64,000 nt of DNA from the sequence record OQ834936; one strand, 5' to 3'. This document shows, one piece after another, positions 36,711-45,277 of this stretch (the first letter of the stretch is position 1; each line of letters begins with the position of its first letter). Under the pieces are notes generated by a model. It searched no databases. It was given only the letters and a program-made list of their open reading frames with translations, and was not told where the DNA came from. Source of the DNA: Shigella phage Henu12. Both the position numbers and the translations under genes were made by a program.

Positions 36711-37811
36711 ATGACAATTCTGTACAAACAAAACAAAGATGGTTCTTTCAACGTTTGGTCATGTGTTGCTGTAGGTGATAAAGTTGTTACAACCTACGGT
36801 AAAGAAAATGGCAAGATGATGTTCGAAGAGTACACAGCAGAACCAAAGAACATTGGTAAGAAGAATGAGCGTAATGCTGAACAGCAAGCTCTCTTTGAAG
36901 TTGCTGCTAAGTACAAGAAGCAGGTTGACCGTAAAGGGTATGCTTACACAAAGTCTGAAGCAGAGAATGTTGAGAAGGTTGGTGTACAGCTTGCTCAGGA
37001 TGCTTCCAAGATAAGTCACAAGAAGTATCTGGTATTCCCTGCCGATGCTCAACCTAAACTTGATGGTGTTCGTTGCAGGATTTCAAGAGATGCTGACTCA
37101 GAAAGTTTTACGGCATATTCTCGTGAGAACACGGTATACAACATTCCTGTAGAGTTGATTCCTGATGTTCTTCTTATGCTGAAACTGCACAAAGATGTTG
37201 AGGATTTCGATGGTGAGATTTATGCTCATGGTTGGGACTTGGAAGATATTGTATCTATGATTAAGAATGCTGACAATCCAGACCGTCACCTTCTTAAGTT
37301 CTACTGGTATGATATCTGTGACAAGACTAAATCTTGGCCTGAGCGTCGTGAAGTTATTGAGACTTCACCTTTAAATGACCTGAGAAATGGCTGTAGAGTT
37401 GTCCCTGTTAAATCTCGTCGTGTTAACTCTTGGGAAGAATTTGACACTGCTCATGATAAGTGGGTTGAAGCGAAGTTTGAAGGGGCAATGTACCGTTCAA
37501 TCTCCCCAGATTCATTCTATGAGTGTGGTCACCGTTCATACTTCTTGATTAAACATAAGAAGATGCACACCAAAGAGTTCACAGTAACGGGTGTGAAGAC
37601 TGATAAGCGTGGTCATGGCAAGTTCGTTGTAGAGACTCTTCCTAACGTCTTTGTAGATGTTTCATGGAAAACTACACACGAGAAGAAAAAGTATCTTGCT
37701 GAACATCCTGAAGAGTTTATCGGGAAGCCTTTAACGGTTCAGTTCCAGAAGATGACTCGTAAGGGTTCTTTACAGTTCCCTGTTGGGCTAGTAATTCGAG
37801 ACTATGAATAG
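36711..37811 (+). CDS. ATP-dependent DNA ligase
   Basis: Adenylation motif I KLDGVR and overall size (366 aa) typical of phage ligases. Confidence 0.75.
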   Translation: MTILYKQNKDGSFNVWSCVAVGDKVVTTYGKENGKMMFEEYTAEPKNIGKKNERNAEQQALFEVAAKYKKQVDRKGYAYTKSEAENVEKVGVQLAQDASKISHKKYLVFPADAQPKLDGVRCRISRDADSESFTAYSRENTVYNIPVELIPDVLLMLKLHKDVEDFDGEIYAHGWDLEDIVSMIKNADNPDRHLLKFYWYDICDKTKSWPERREVIETSPLNDLRNGCRVVPVKSRRVNSWEEFDTAHDKWVEAKFEGAMYRSISPDSFYECGHRSYFLIKHKKMHTKEFTVTGVKTDKRGHGKFVVETLPNVFVDVSWKTTHEKKKYLAEHPEEFIGKPLTVQFQKMTRKGSLQFPVGLVIRDYE

Positions 37812-37819
37812 AGGCCAGT

Positions 37820-37969
37820 ATGTTTAGTGCAATTGTTCTGTTTATATTTGTTGTTTTATCATTGGCTTACTTCACAAGTAAACTCTTAAGTATAACATAC
37901 AAAGCAGCCTTAGCCCTTACTCTGTTGTCATTTGCAGTAAATGCAGCAGTTAGAATGTATTTAGTATAA
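37820..37969 (+). CDS. small hydrophobic membrane protein (49 aa)
   Basis: Hand translation MFSAIVLFIFVVLSLAYFTSKLLSITYKAALALTLLSFAVNAAVRMYLV; GAGG RBS 5 nt upstream. Confidence 0.35.
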   Translation: MFSAIVLFIFVVLSLAYFTSKLLSITYKAALALTLLSFAVNAAVRMYLV

Positions 37970-37974
37970 AATTG

Positions 37975-38003
37975 TTGACATGAGTAACCTGACGGGTATA
38001 CTA
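37975..38003 (+). promoter_or_regulatory. sigma70-like promoter TTGACA-N16/17-TATACT
   Basis: Good -35 and -10 about 40 nt upstream of the secreted-protein gene. Confidence 0.55.
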
Positions 38004-38046
38004 CCTATATAGAAAATTATATAGGAACCCGTCAGAAACCTCGGGG

Positions 38047-38433
38047 GTGTTTATGAAAAAGTTACTTGTTGGTGTCATTGCTCTTGGTATGAGTTTTAGT
38101 GCAGCAGCTATGAAGATGCCTGAAGCAAACTTTAATGGTATCGCTTTAGAATCTTGTAAGATTGTACAGAAAATCGCTTCAAATGCTGGAGAGTTGACTA
38201 AACCGTTGTCTGCTCAGACTGTTCAAGAAATGACTGATAAGATGGTTGACTACAACTACCATTTTATGGGAGATTACTATGACAGATTAGCAGATGAGAT
38301 GGTCACTCAGAACGTTGACCTTCTTGATAGCAAAGGTATTGAGACTGTAGAAGATGTGAAAGACAACTTTATGCGTGAGTCTTTCAAAGGTGTTCAATAC
38401 TTTATTGAAAATCGTCACTGCATGGGTTTATAA
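38047..38433 (+). CDS. secreted/periplasmic hypothetical protein (signal peptide)
   Basis: N-terminal signal MKKLLVGVIALGMSFSAAA. Confidence 0.5.
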   Translation: MFMKKLLVGVIALGMSFSAAAMKMPEANFNGIALESCKIVQKIASNAGELTKPLSAQTVQEMTDKMVDYNYHFMGDYYDRLADEMVTQNVDLLDSKGIETVEDVKDNFMRESFKGVQYFIENRHCMGL

Positions 38434-38435
38434 TC

Positions 38436-38639
38436 ATGAAGAAGAACATCTGTAGAACAGACTATGGTGAAGTGGTCGATGATGACGGAGTAGTTATTTA
38501 CAGAGTTTGGGCTAATGATTTTGCAACCGTTGTAGAATCTTTAGATAACTACATTAATGGGACTCGTGAAAACGTCAGAGCAACTAATCTTGATTCGTTA
38601 ATAGACACTTCTCGAAAACGGAGAAAGAAAGATGAATGA
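38436..38639 (+). CDS. hypothetical protein (67 aa)
   Basis: ORF track. Confidence 0.45.
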   Translation: MKKNICRTDYGEVVDDDGVVIYRVWANDFATVVESLDNYINGTRENVRATNLDSLIDTSRKRRKKDE

Positions 38640-38931
38640 AGTCTTTGACCCATATGCACCTCAAGATTCTTGGGAGGCTGATAGAGAGGCTGAAATGGAG
38701 AGTTATGTCTGTCCAATGGATATAGAAGAGATGAAAGACTTTGTATCTTTCAGATTCTTTAAAGAGATTGAGAAGCTAAAACTTTCTCAGGCTCAAGTAG
38801 CAACTGTTTGTGAAATCTCGCAGAGTCGTGTGTCAAATATCATTAACGACCCTCAAAAGATTTCTTTAGAGTACATGCTTAATGCTTGTACAAAACTTGG
38901 TGTAAATTTTAACTTAAGGCTGGCAGATTAA
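38632..38931 (+). CDS. helix-turn-helix DNA-binding protein
   Basis: HTH-like segment LSQAQVATVCEISQSRVSNI. Confidence 0.5.
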   Translation: MNEVFDPYAPQDSWEADREAEMESYVCPMDIEEMKDFVSFRFFKEIEKLKLSQAQVATVCEISQSRVSNIINDPQKISLEYMLNACTKLGVNFNLRLAD

Positions 38932-38932
38932 T

Positions 38933-39292
38933 ATGAAACGTGAAAATGCAATCTTTAATGATAACTTTGCAATTGGCTTCTATGGTAAACCAACTCCAGC
39001 AGAGAAACTTTATGGTAATGCAATTCTGGAGACCTTGAAAGAGGTTTACACAACTGGTGGTATGAAGCATACTGAAGCAAACCGTGTAAGAGGTTATATG
39101 GCAATTGGCTCTGCAATCTCTAACATCAAACTTGAAACTACAAGTGCTAAAAAGGTACGAGACCACTTCATCAAAGAGTTGTCAGATAACCTAGATGGTG
39201 TTGAAGTCAAGGCTGTCTGGTTAGATGTTGATGGTCACAACTACACAACTTTTGTGTTTAAAAATGAGGATATCAAATGTCTCTTCCCTTAA
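38933..39292 (+). CDS. hypothetical protein (119 aa)
   Basis: ORF track. Confidence 0.5.
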   Translation: MKRENAIFNDNFAIGFYGKPTPAEKLYGNAILETLKEVYTTGGMKHTEANRVRGYMAIGSAISNIKLETTSAKKVRDHFIKELSDNLDGVEVKAVWLDVDGHNYTTFVFKNEDIKCLFP

Positions 39293-39780
39293 AACTCGAT
39301 TTATACTTTGGGTACAGTGTATTGCAAGGCAGCATACTATCACTACCAAAGTCAGATTATCGTTGTGATTTAGGTTCTGTGAAACGTGCATCACACTTTA
39401 ACAACAACATCTTAGGCTTGCAGACACTTCACAGGTGGCTTGAGGAAGATGGACGGTTGAATGAATATCTTCACCAACTAGAACTAGCCAAAGAAGAAGG
39501 GCATATGGGTTGGGATTTACTACCCCATCTGTACAAGCCTGCAAGCCCTATGGAGATACGCTATAACGAACAAGCAATTGATAGTTATAACAAATATAAT
39601 ATAACTATTGGCTCCAGAGCTTGGAAGGAGTATATGAAACTCCGTGAAATCATCATACAGACTATTGGAAAGCGTGTAGCAAAAGGTCTTGCTTATGATG
39701 AAAAGGTTGACTGGAATACACAAAAGTGTATAAAATTCTTCAAGTACGATAATGACAAGGATACTTTTGTAGAGGTTTAA
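39277..39780 (+). CDS. hypothetical protein (167 aa)
   Basis: ORF track. Confidence 0.5.
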   Translation: MSLPLKLDLYFGYSVLQGSILSLPKSDYRCDLGSVKRASHFNNNILGLQTLHRWLEEDGRLNEYLHQLELAKEEGHMGWDLLPHLYKPASPMEIRYNEQAIDSYNKYNITIGSRAWKEYMKLREIIIQTIGKRVAKGLAYDEKVDWNTQKCIKFFKYDNDKDTFVEV

Positions 39781-39781
39781 C

Positions 39782-40297
39782 ATGAAAATTGGAATTACCT
39801 TTTGCCAGCCTGAAGCAGAGTTCTTGAAATCAATGTTGTCTGAGCATATGAAAGCTACAAATCATACTGAGAAGACATTCTTGATTGACACTAACTATGA
39901 TGCAGGAACTATTGAGTTCATTGATGAAGACACTGCTGACTCTCTGTGTGTTCTTCCTGCTCACTTATTTACTCCAGAGCTACGTGACAGTCGTTCTATT
40001 GAAGTTAATCTGGAGCCAAGTATTGAACTCTACTCAGACATACAGTATCCAAGAAGCTTTAAAGCATTGCTAAACATCTTCATAGCTGATATTGTAGAGA
40101 TTGTTAAGCAGACCGAAGGTGGTCATGTAGTAACTGCTGAGTATGAACAAGGGACTATCAAACTGACAGGTGACTTTGGTTCTATGAGTTTCTTAGACTT
40201 TGTTCCAAAACACTTTGAAGATTTCCTGTCAAGTGAAGTTGATGACCTTGATTTCATACTAAAATTTGAACGCACTTTTAAGGTAAACAAAAAATGA
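39782..40297 (+). CDS. hypothetical protein (171 aa)
   Basis: ORF track. Confidence 0.5.
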   Translation: MKIGITFCQPEAEFLKSMLSEHMKATNHTEKTFLIDTNYDAGTIEFIDEDTADSLCVLPAHLFTPELRDSRSIEVNLEPSIELYSDIQYPRSFKALLNIFIADIVEIVKQTEGGHVVTAEYEQGTIKLTGDFGSMSFLDFVPKHFEDFLSSEVDDLDFILKFERTFKVNKK

Positions 40298-40566
40298 AAA
40301 TCTTAAGCGGAGTATCACAGTGTTACATGAATGATGGTGAGCCAGTTAAATGCTGCCATTGTGGAGGTGAGAACTTCCAAGGTGAAGTTTCAGAGATTGT
40401 CTCTGGCAACATCGCTGAAGAGTACACCCGTTGCTGTGGATGTGGAAAGATTTTATCTTTTTGGGCTTATGGAAGTTATGAACCACAACCTCACCTTATT
40501 TACCATCCGAACAGGATTGTGAAGCGTGTTCTGAACTGGTTCATTATCAAAGGATTTACAAAATGA
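40294..40566 (+). CDS. zinc-ribbon protein (CxxC...CxxC)
   Basis: CCHCGG and CCGCG cysteine clusters. Confidence 0.45.
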   Translation: MKILSGVSQCYMNDGEPVKCCHCGGENFQGEVSEIVSGNIAEEYTRCCGCGKILSFWAYGSYEPQPHLIYHPNRIVKRVLNWFIIKGFTK

Positions 40567-41108
40567 TTAAGCTAATTTTTGCAAGTGGTATTAACGGGGA
40601 ATTTGGCACAGCTACTGGAATGCCTTGGCCTCGTAATAAACAAGATATGGCAGAGTTTAAGAAGCAGACTATTAACCAGTTAGTCTTGGTGGGTAGCGAA
40701 ACTTGGAAGACTCTTGGGAGCAAACCTTTGCCAAACCGTGAGAACCTTGTCTTGACAAACTCTCTTGACTTTTATGGTCTGGACTTTAAAGATGATTCTC
40801 ATTGCAAAGCAAAAGTTAAGTCTGAAGCTTTTGGGGCTTTCCTAAAGTATATTGATAGTTCTATTGATGAAGATGTTTTAGTAATCGGTGGAGCCAATAT
40901 CTTAATCTCAGCTTTGCCGTATGCTGACGTAGTTTTCCACAGTGTTATTAAGGAAGTTACTGAAGAGGCTACTGTCAAGCTACCTTATGAGGGTTTCTTC
41001 CAGTACTTGTATGACACAGAGTTATTTGCTAAAGTACAGTCCAAACCCTCAGAAGATAAGTCTGTGGTGTTTGATACCTATGTTCCACAAGTAAGAGGAC
41101 GTTTCTAA
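40563..41108 (+). CDS. frd: dihydrofolate reductase
   Basis: DHFR-like N-terminus (GMPWP...F) and VIGGANI glycine motif; directly upstream of thymidylate synthase. Confidence 0.75.
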   Translation: MIKLIFASGINGEFGTATGMPWPRNKQDMAEFKKQTINQLVLVGSETWKTLGSKPLPNRENLVLTNSLDFYGLDFKDDSHCKAKVKSEAFGAFLKYIDSSIDEDVLVIGGANILISALPYADVVFHSVIKEVTEEATVKLPYEGFFQYLYDTELFAKVQSKPSEDKSVVFDTYVPQVRGRF

Positions 41109-41109
41109 T

Positions 41110-42009
41110 ATGTCACAAGCAGATGTAAGCTACAAAGCTATTTTAAACCATGTTTTATCAGTTGGTGAGTTGCGTAAAACCCGAACTGGCTCAGTGATTT
41201 CGACCTTTGCTCCACCTGAGTTCCGTTTTGATATGCGTAGTGGATTCCCATTAATCACCTCAAAACAAACATTTATGCGTCAAGTCCTCGGTGAAGCATT
41301 ATGGTTTATGAACGGTGAAAACCAACTAGGCCATTTGCGTTACAGAACTTGGGGGGAGAACGACGGAGAGCGTTGGACTATCTGGACAGATGATTTTAAA
41401 CGTTGGTTGAAAACAACCTATGCTACAGAGAATGATTGGCTGGAGGACGCTGGAGGAAGAATCTACGGAGTACAATGGAGAGCCTACGAAGGTCATGGTG
41501 GCGTTGTTGTAGACCAGTTGAGTAATCTTGTAGAGAAGATGAGAAAGTCCCCTACAGACCGTTACATGCTCGTTAACGCATGGAATGCAGCAGATATCTC
41601 AAGTAACTCTATGGCATTAGCACCTTGTCATGTACTTTTTCAGATTTATATCTCGAACACTAATGAGGTGGATTTGAAATGGTATCAGCGTTCTTGTGAT
41701 ACGTTCTTAGGGTTACCGTTTAACATCGCTTCCTATGCCTTTATCTTGGAAGTGTTGTGTAAACTGACGGGATATACACCGCGATATCTGATAGGGACTT
41801 ATGGTGATACTCAAATATACCAGAACCATATGTCGCAGGTTTTTCAACTTCTTGGTAATGAAGAGTTTCCAGCACCTAAGTTTGAAATTCATCAAGATTT
41901 GAAGTCTCTTGAAGACTTGAGACATATGACAGCAGATGACTTTCTAGGTGGGTTGAAAGGGTATAAACATGCTGGTAAGATTGAAGCACCTTTATCAGTA
42001 GGTAAGTAG
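41110..42009 (+). CDS. thyA: thymidylate synthase
   Basis: Active-site block PCH-FQ and QRSCDTFLGLPFNIASYA. Confidence 0.92.
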   Translation: MSQADVSYKAILNHVLSVGELRKTRTGSVISTFAPPEFRFDMRSGFPLITSKQTFMRQVLGEALWFMNGENQLGHLRYRTWGENDGERWTIWTDDFKRWLKTTYATENDWLEDAGGRIYGVQWRAYEGHGGVVVDQLSNLVEKMRKSPTDRYMLVNAWNAADISSNSMALAPCHVLFQIYISNTNEVDLKWYQRSCDTFLGLPFNIASYAFILEVLCKLTGYTPRYLIGTYGDTQIYQNHMSQVFQLLGNEEFPAPKFEIHQDLKSLEDLRHMTADDFLGGLKGYKHAGKIEAPLSVGK

Positions 42010-42010
42010 A

Positions 42011-42050
42011 AACAAAAAAGGCTCCCGTAAAAAGGAGCCTTAGAATTATT
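42011..42050. terminator. bidirectional intrinsic terminator (GGCUCC-loop-GGAGCC flanked by A- and U-runs) at the convergence point
   Basis: Hairpin 42020-42039 with A6 upstream and U-rich downstream; sits between the thyA stop and the stop of the 42046-42420 gene. Confidence 0.6.
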
Positions 42051-42420
42051 TCTTTTTAGTGCTTTGGGTATTTTGTTCTGTAATTGCTTGCAAAGCTGAT
42101 ACAGATTGTGCTAAGTTGTTAACACTGTCAGAGAACTTATCAAGGGTCTTAGTCAACTTAGCGTTTTCTCCCTTAACATTCTCTAGCTGAACTTTCTGGT
42201 TCTCCATCCCTAATTGTAGGAGCTTCATATCAGACTGTAAATCACGAATAGCTGAATAGTTACCTTTTGAGTAACTATCCAACTGTTGTAACTTTGTGTT
42301 GATAGAAACTTCTTGCTTTCCATCAGAGACCTGCATCGTAGTGTACATGCCAATTACACTGAAAATACCTACAACAATTGCACCAATGTTGTTCTTAAAA
42401 GCCTCTTCAATCCACTTCAT
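42046..42420 (-). CDS. membrane protein with N-terminal TM helix and coiled-coil domain
   Basis: Hydrophobic helix IGAIVVGIFSVIGMY followed by heptad-like Q/L/K-rich sequence. Confidence 0.5.
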   Translation of the reverse strand: MKWIEEAFKNNIGAIVVGIFSVIGMYTTMQVSDGKQEVSINTKLQQLDSYSKGNYSAIRDLQSDMKLLQLGMENQKVQLENVKGENAKLTKTLDKFSDSVNNLAQSVSALQAITEQNTQSTKKK

Positions 42421-42614
42421 TATTTTTCACCCTTAAAAGCCTTTTCCAAGGTATCTACAAATTCATCATCGATAGGTGTGTCTGTTTTACTCGCAAGGTA
42501 TCTTGCAAGCTTAAAGAACACTTTTTCAATCATGTATTCGCTAAGAAGAGAAAGTAGAAGCTTCCAGAAGAATGCCCCAAGATTTTTCAAGAGGATTGCT
42601 AGAATGGTTGGCAT
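42420..42614 (-). CDS. small membrane protein (64 aa)
   Basis: Hydrophobic N-terminal half, charged C-terminus. Confidence 0.5.
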   Translation of the reverse strand: MPTILAILLKNLGAFFWKLLLSLLSEYMIEKVFFKLARYLASKTDTPIDDEFVDTLEKAFKGEK

Positions 42615-42663
42615 TTAATCACCTTACTTCTTGAGCCAAGATGGTGAGAATACCTACTAAGAA

Positions 42664-42692
42664 ATATTAACACCATCTTGACAGTTAGTCAA
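42664..42692 (-). promoter_or_regulatory. sigma70-like promoter TTGACT-N17-TAATAT bracketed by a perfect 10-bp inverted repeat (CAAGATGGTG, 42637-42646 and 42671-42680)
   Basis: -10 lies inside the 24-bp loop of the inverted repeat; operator-like arrangement. Confidence 0.45.
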
Positions 42693-42700
42693 CAAGGTAA

Positions 42701-45232
42701 TTATGCAGTTCTTACCCAAGCCATTAGTTTAATGTAAGTGTTAAGAACACTGAATGCTGCACCAGAACCAGTTGCCCCAGTGTTACCACTTAATGTGTGG
42801 GCATGAGCACCAATTGTCACAGTGTGTGTATGGTTACCATCGCCAGCAGCACTACCAGAGAATCCGTGAGCGTGGTCACCTACAGCTTCTGTTGCTTGAT
42901 AACCTGCAACACCAGCCCATTGACCAGCAGCACCGACATAAGCAAACTGCTGAGAAGTGTTCAGGTAACGAACTGCAACATTATGGGCGTGACCACCCGC
43001 ACCAGCCGTTGAACCAGACACAGAGTGTCCATGCCAACCATTTAATGAAGTCCCAATCGTCCCGTGGTCATGTGTAGATGTTGTTGCAGAGAAACTATGT
43101 GTATGACTTGGAAGATGACCTACAGCAATACTCTTAGAGTCTGAGCCACCTACAGAACCAACATCCTCACCAGTTGAAGAGGCAATTCTAATAGTTCTGA
43201 ACTGACCATTTGATAGGTAAGCCCAAGTAGTTCCTGCAAATGCTGTATTAGGGTTTACATTCGATGCAAAGAACGTTACCATACCAACTGGATAGATTTT
43301 GTTAAGGTCTGTTGAGTTAGAAATAGCTGTTGCAATCTTCTGGTCAGTCTCTGCTTTAGTGTAAGCTCCAACATCTCCAGCAGAAGGTTTCTGGAAAGTG
43401 TTGTAATCAATTACCACATAACCATCAACCGCATTAGCTGGCTTAGTAGATGACACAGTAGGAGCAGAATGGACAGTAATAACTGCACCATTGACACCCT
43501 GAAACTCTACCAGAGTACCCATCGCATATGGCCCAACTTGTAAGTAAACATCATAGTTATCTCCACCAACTGAAACAGTACATACATCAACACCAACACC
43601 ACTATCTGTACTTCTGTAAAGAACAGCATTTAGACCCGATGGGTTTGCATTTCCACTTCTCAATACTAGTTCATTTTTACCACACTGATTAAATGAACCA
43701 ACGTTGAAACCTGTACCACCATAGAGTCTTAAAGTTGCTGTTGATGGTGTTTGTGGCATTGTTACAGTAGCAATTTTCACCCAACCACTGTCATAAGTTG
43801 TTGCATTCATAGCAGTAGCTCTTGAGAATACAGTATTAGCAACACTTTGTGTGTAGTACCTTGCATCAAAGTTAGATACATCTGTAGGGATAACTTGACC
43901 TTCAACTCTTAAAGGTTTATTGAGATAAGCTACATCCCTTAACTCTAGATATGTATTCACCTTATAGTTGTGAAAGCGAATAACATCAGAACTGTCGAAA
44001 TTACCAATAAACCATCTACCAGCACCAGTACTATCTTTTGCAATAACCCCGTTGCTATTCATTGGCTGGGTATTCTGAAGAACTAGTGGAACTCCATCTG
44101 CAAGAATAGTTTGAGCACCTGTGAAAGTGTTTGCAGAGTTATTTCTTGCAAGACTACTTAATGTTGCAGCCGGAATATATCTTGAGTCAAAGTTAGCAAA
44201 GTCAGATGGTTTAACCTGACCAGTCACATTCAGAGGCTTGCTGAAGAAGAACTCTGTAGAGAGTCTCATAGTTGCACCTGTCATCTGGTTAAACAAGTTA
44301 ACATCCTGCTTAGTCCCATCAGGTTGACCAAGATACCAAGACTCTGAACCAGAACCTGCGTAGGCTTGAACAAATACTGCACCGTTTGCTGTAGCTGGTT
44401 TCAATCTAAGCAAAGACCCATCAGAAATAATTGTCTGATAGTTTGTGAAGTTGTTTGCACCTGAGAAGGTATTATTTTCAGTTAGTCTTGCAAATCTTTG
44501 GTCAGCAGCATTCTGAGTGAAGTATCTAGCATCTAAGTTAGAGAAGTCAGAAGGTTGAACTTGACCAGTGATTCTTAGTGTTTTATTGATAGCAATATCA
44601 TTAGTGAGATTAACTAGGGAACCGGTCTTGTTGTTGTAGAAAATAACATCGTCACTTCCTGAATCATTACCTACATACCACCTATTAGCTCCAGTACTAT
44701 CCTGGCCTCTGATATACAACGGTGAGTTCTCAGAAGAGTTTTTTAACCTAATAGCTTCACCATTTGCTTGAATAACTTGTTGGGAGGTAAAGATGTTATT
44801 TGCAGCTAGTCTTGAGTATCTTGCATCATTTTCCTCATTTGTTCTCATACCCAAATCAGCAGGGCTTGGTTTATTTAGAGTATGGTAAACAAATGCTGTT
44901 CTTGTTGCATCAGAAACCTTCAAAGCTAACCCATTAGCGTTAATTTTAAAAGTCTTGGCAACATCCCCTAAAATAATCTCAGAAGAACCTGTTGGGTCTA
45001 ATAAATCTTTTCCACCGTAAGTTAACTTAACAATACCCAGATTACCTGTCATATTCCCGCCAGCTAATTGCAAGAATCTTTCAAGTCTGAATGAAGCTAA
45101 GAAGTTTGCATAGGTCATTTTACGGTCTTCATCACCTAGCATATCTGACCTTTTAATTACTCTCAAATGTAATAGGTCGTCTGAGCGAACTGTATCAATT
45201 GTGTTTAGTTCACTTAGTTTGTATTCAGCCAT
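42701..45232 (-). CDS. tail fibre protein with internal roughly 100-aa repeats and C-terminal His-x-His repeat domain
   Basis: Three tandem modules each ending (V/I)xGQVxPxDxxNFDxRY; C-terminal HxH motifs (HGHSV, HAHNV, HAHGF, HTHTV, HAHTL). Confidence 0.75.
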   Translation of the reverse strand: MAEYKLSELNTIDTVRSDDLLHLRVIKRSDMLGDEDRKMTYANFLASFRLERFLQLAGGNMTGNLGIVKLTYGGKDLLDPTGSSEIILGDVAKTFKINANGLALKVSDATRTAFVYHTLNKPSPADLGMRTNEENDARYSRLAANNIFTSQQVIQANGEAIRLKNSSENSPLYIRGQDSTGANRWYVGNDSGSDDVIFYNNKTGSLVNLTNDIAINKTLRITGQVQPSDFSNLDARYFTQNAADQRFARLTENNTFSGANNFTNYQTIISDGSLLRLKPATANGAVFVQAYAGSGSESWYLGQPDGTKQDVNLFNQMTGATMRLSTEFFFSKPLNVTGQVKPSDFANFDSRYIPAATLSSLARNNSANTFTGAQTILADGVPLVLQNTQPMNSNGVIAKDSTGAGRWFIGNFDSSDVIRFHNYKVNTYLELRDVAYLNKPLRVEGQVIPTDVSNFDARYYTQSVANTVFSRATAMNATTYDSGWVKIATVTMPQTPSTATLRLYGGTGFNVGSFNQCGKNELVLRSGNANPSGLNAVLYRSTDSGVGVDVCTVSVGGDNYDVYLQVGPYAMGTLVEFQGVNGAVITVHSAPTVSSTKPANAVDGYVVIDYNTFQKPSAGDVGAYTKAETDQKIATAISNSTDLNKIYPVGMVTFFASNVNPNTAFAGTTWAYLSNGQFRTIRIASSTGEDVGSVGGSDSKSIAVGHLPSHTHSFSATTSTHDHGTIGTSLNGWHGHSVSGSTAGAGGHAHNVAVRYLNTSQQFAYVGAAGQWAGVAGYQATEAVGDHAHGFSGSAAGDGNHTHTVTIGAHAHTLSGNTGATGSGAAFSVLNTYIKLMAWVRTA

Positions 45233-45250
45233 TTATCAATCCTCTTTATA

Positions 45251-45266
45251 GGGGCTGTGTAGCCCC
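45251..45266 (-). other. stem-loop GGGGCU-N4-AGCCCC between the two tail fibre genes
   Basis: Same arms as the 7138-7153 and 12000-12015 elements; 18 nt upstream of the fibre ATG. Confidence 0.5.
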
Positions 45267-45277
45267 TTTATAAATTT

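Noticed and set aside
42754-43077. His/Gln-rich plus-strand ORFs inside the tail fibre gene
   Set aside because: They are reverse-frame readings of the His-x-His repeat region of the fibre gene.
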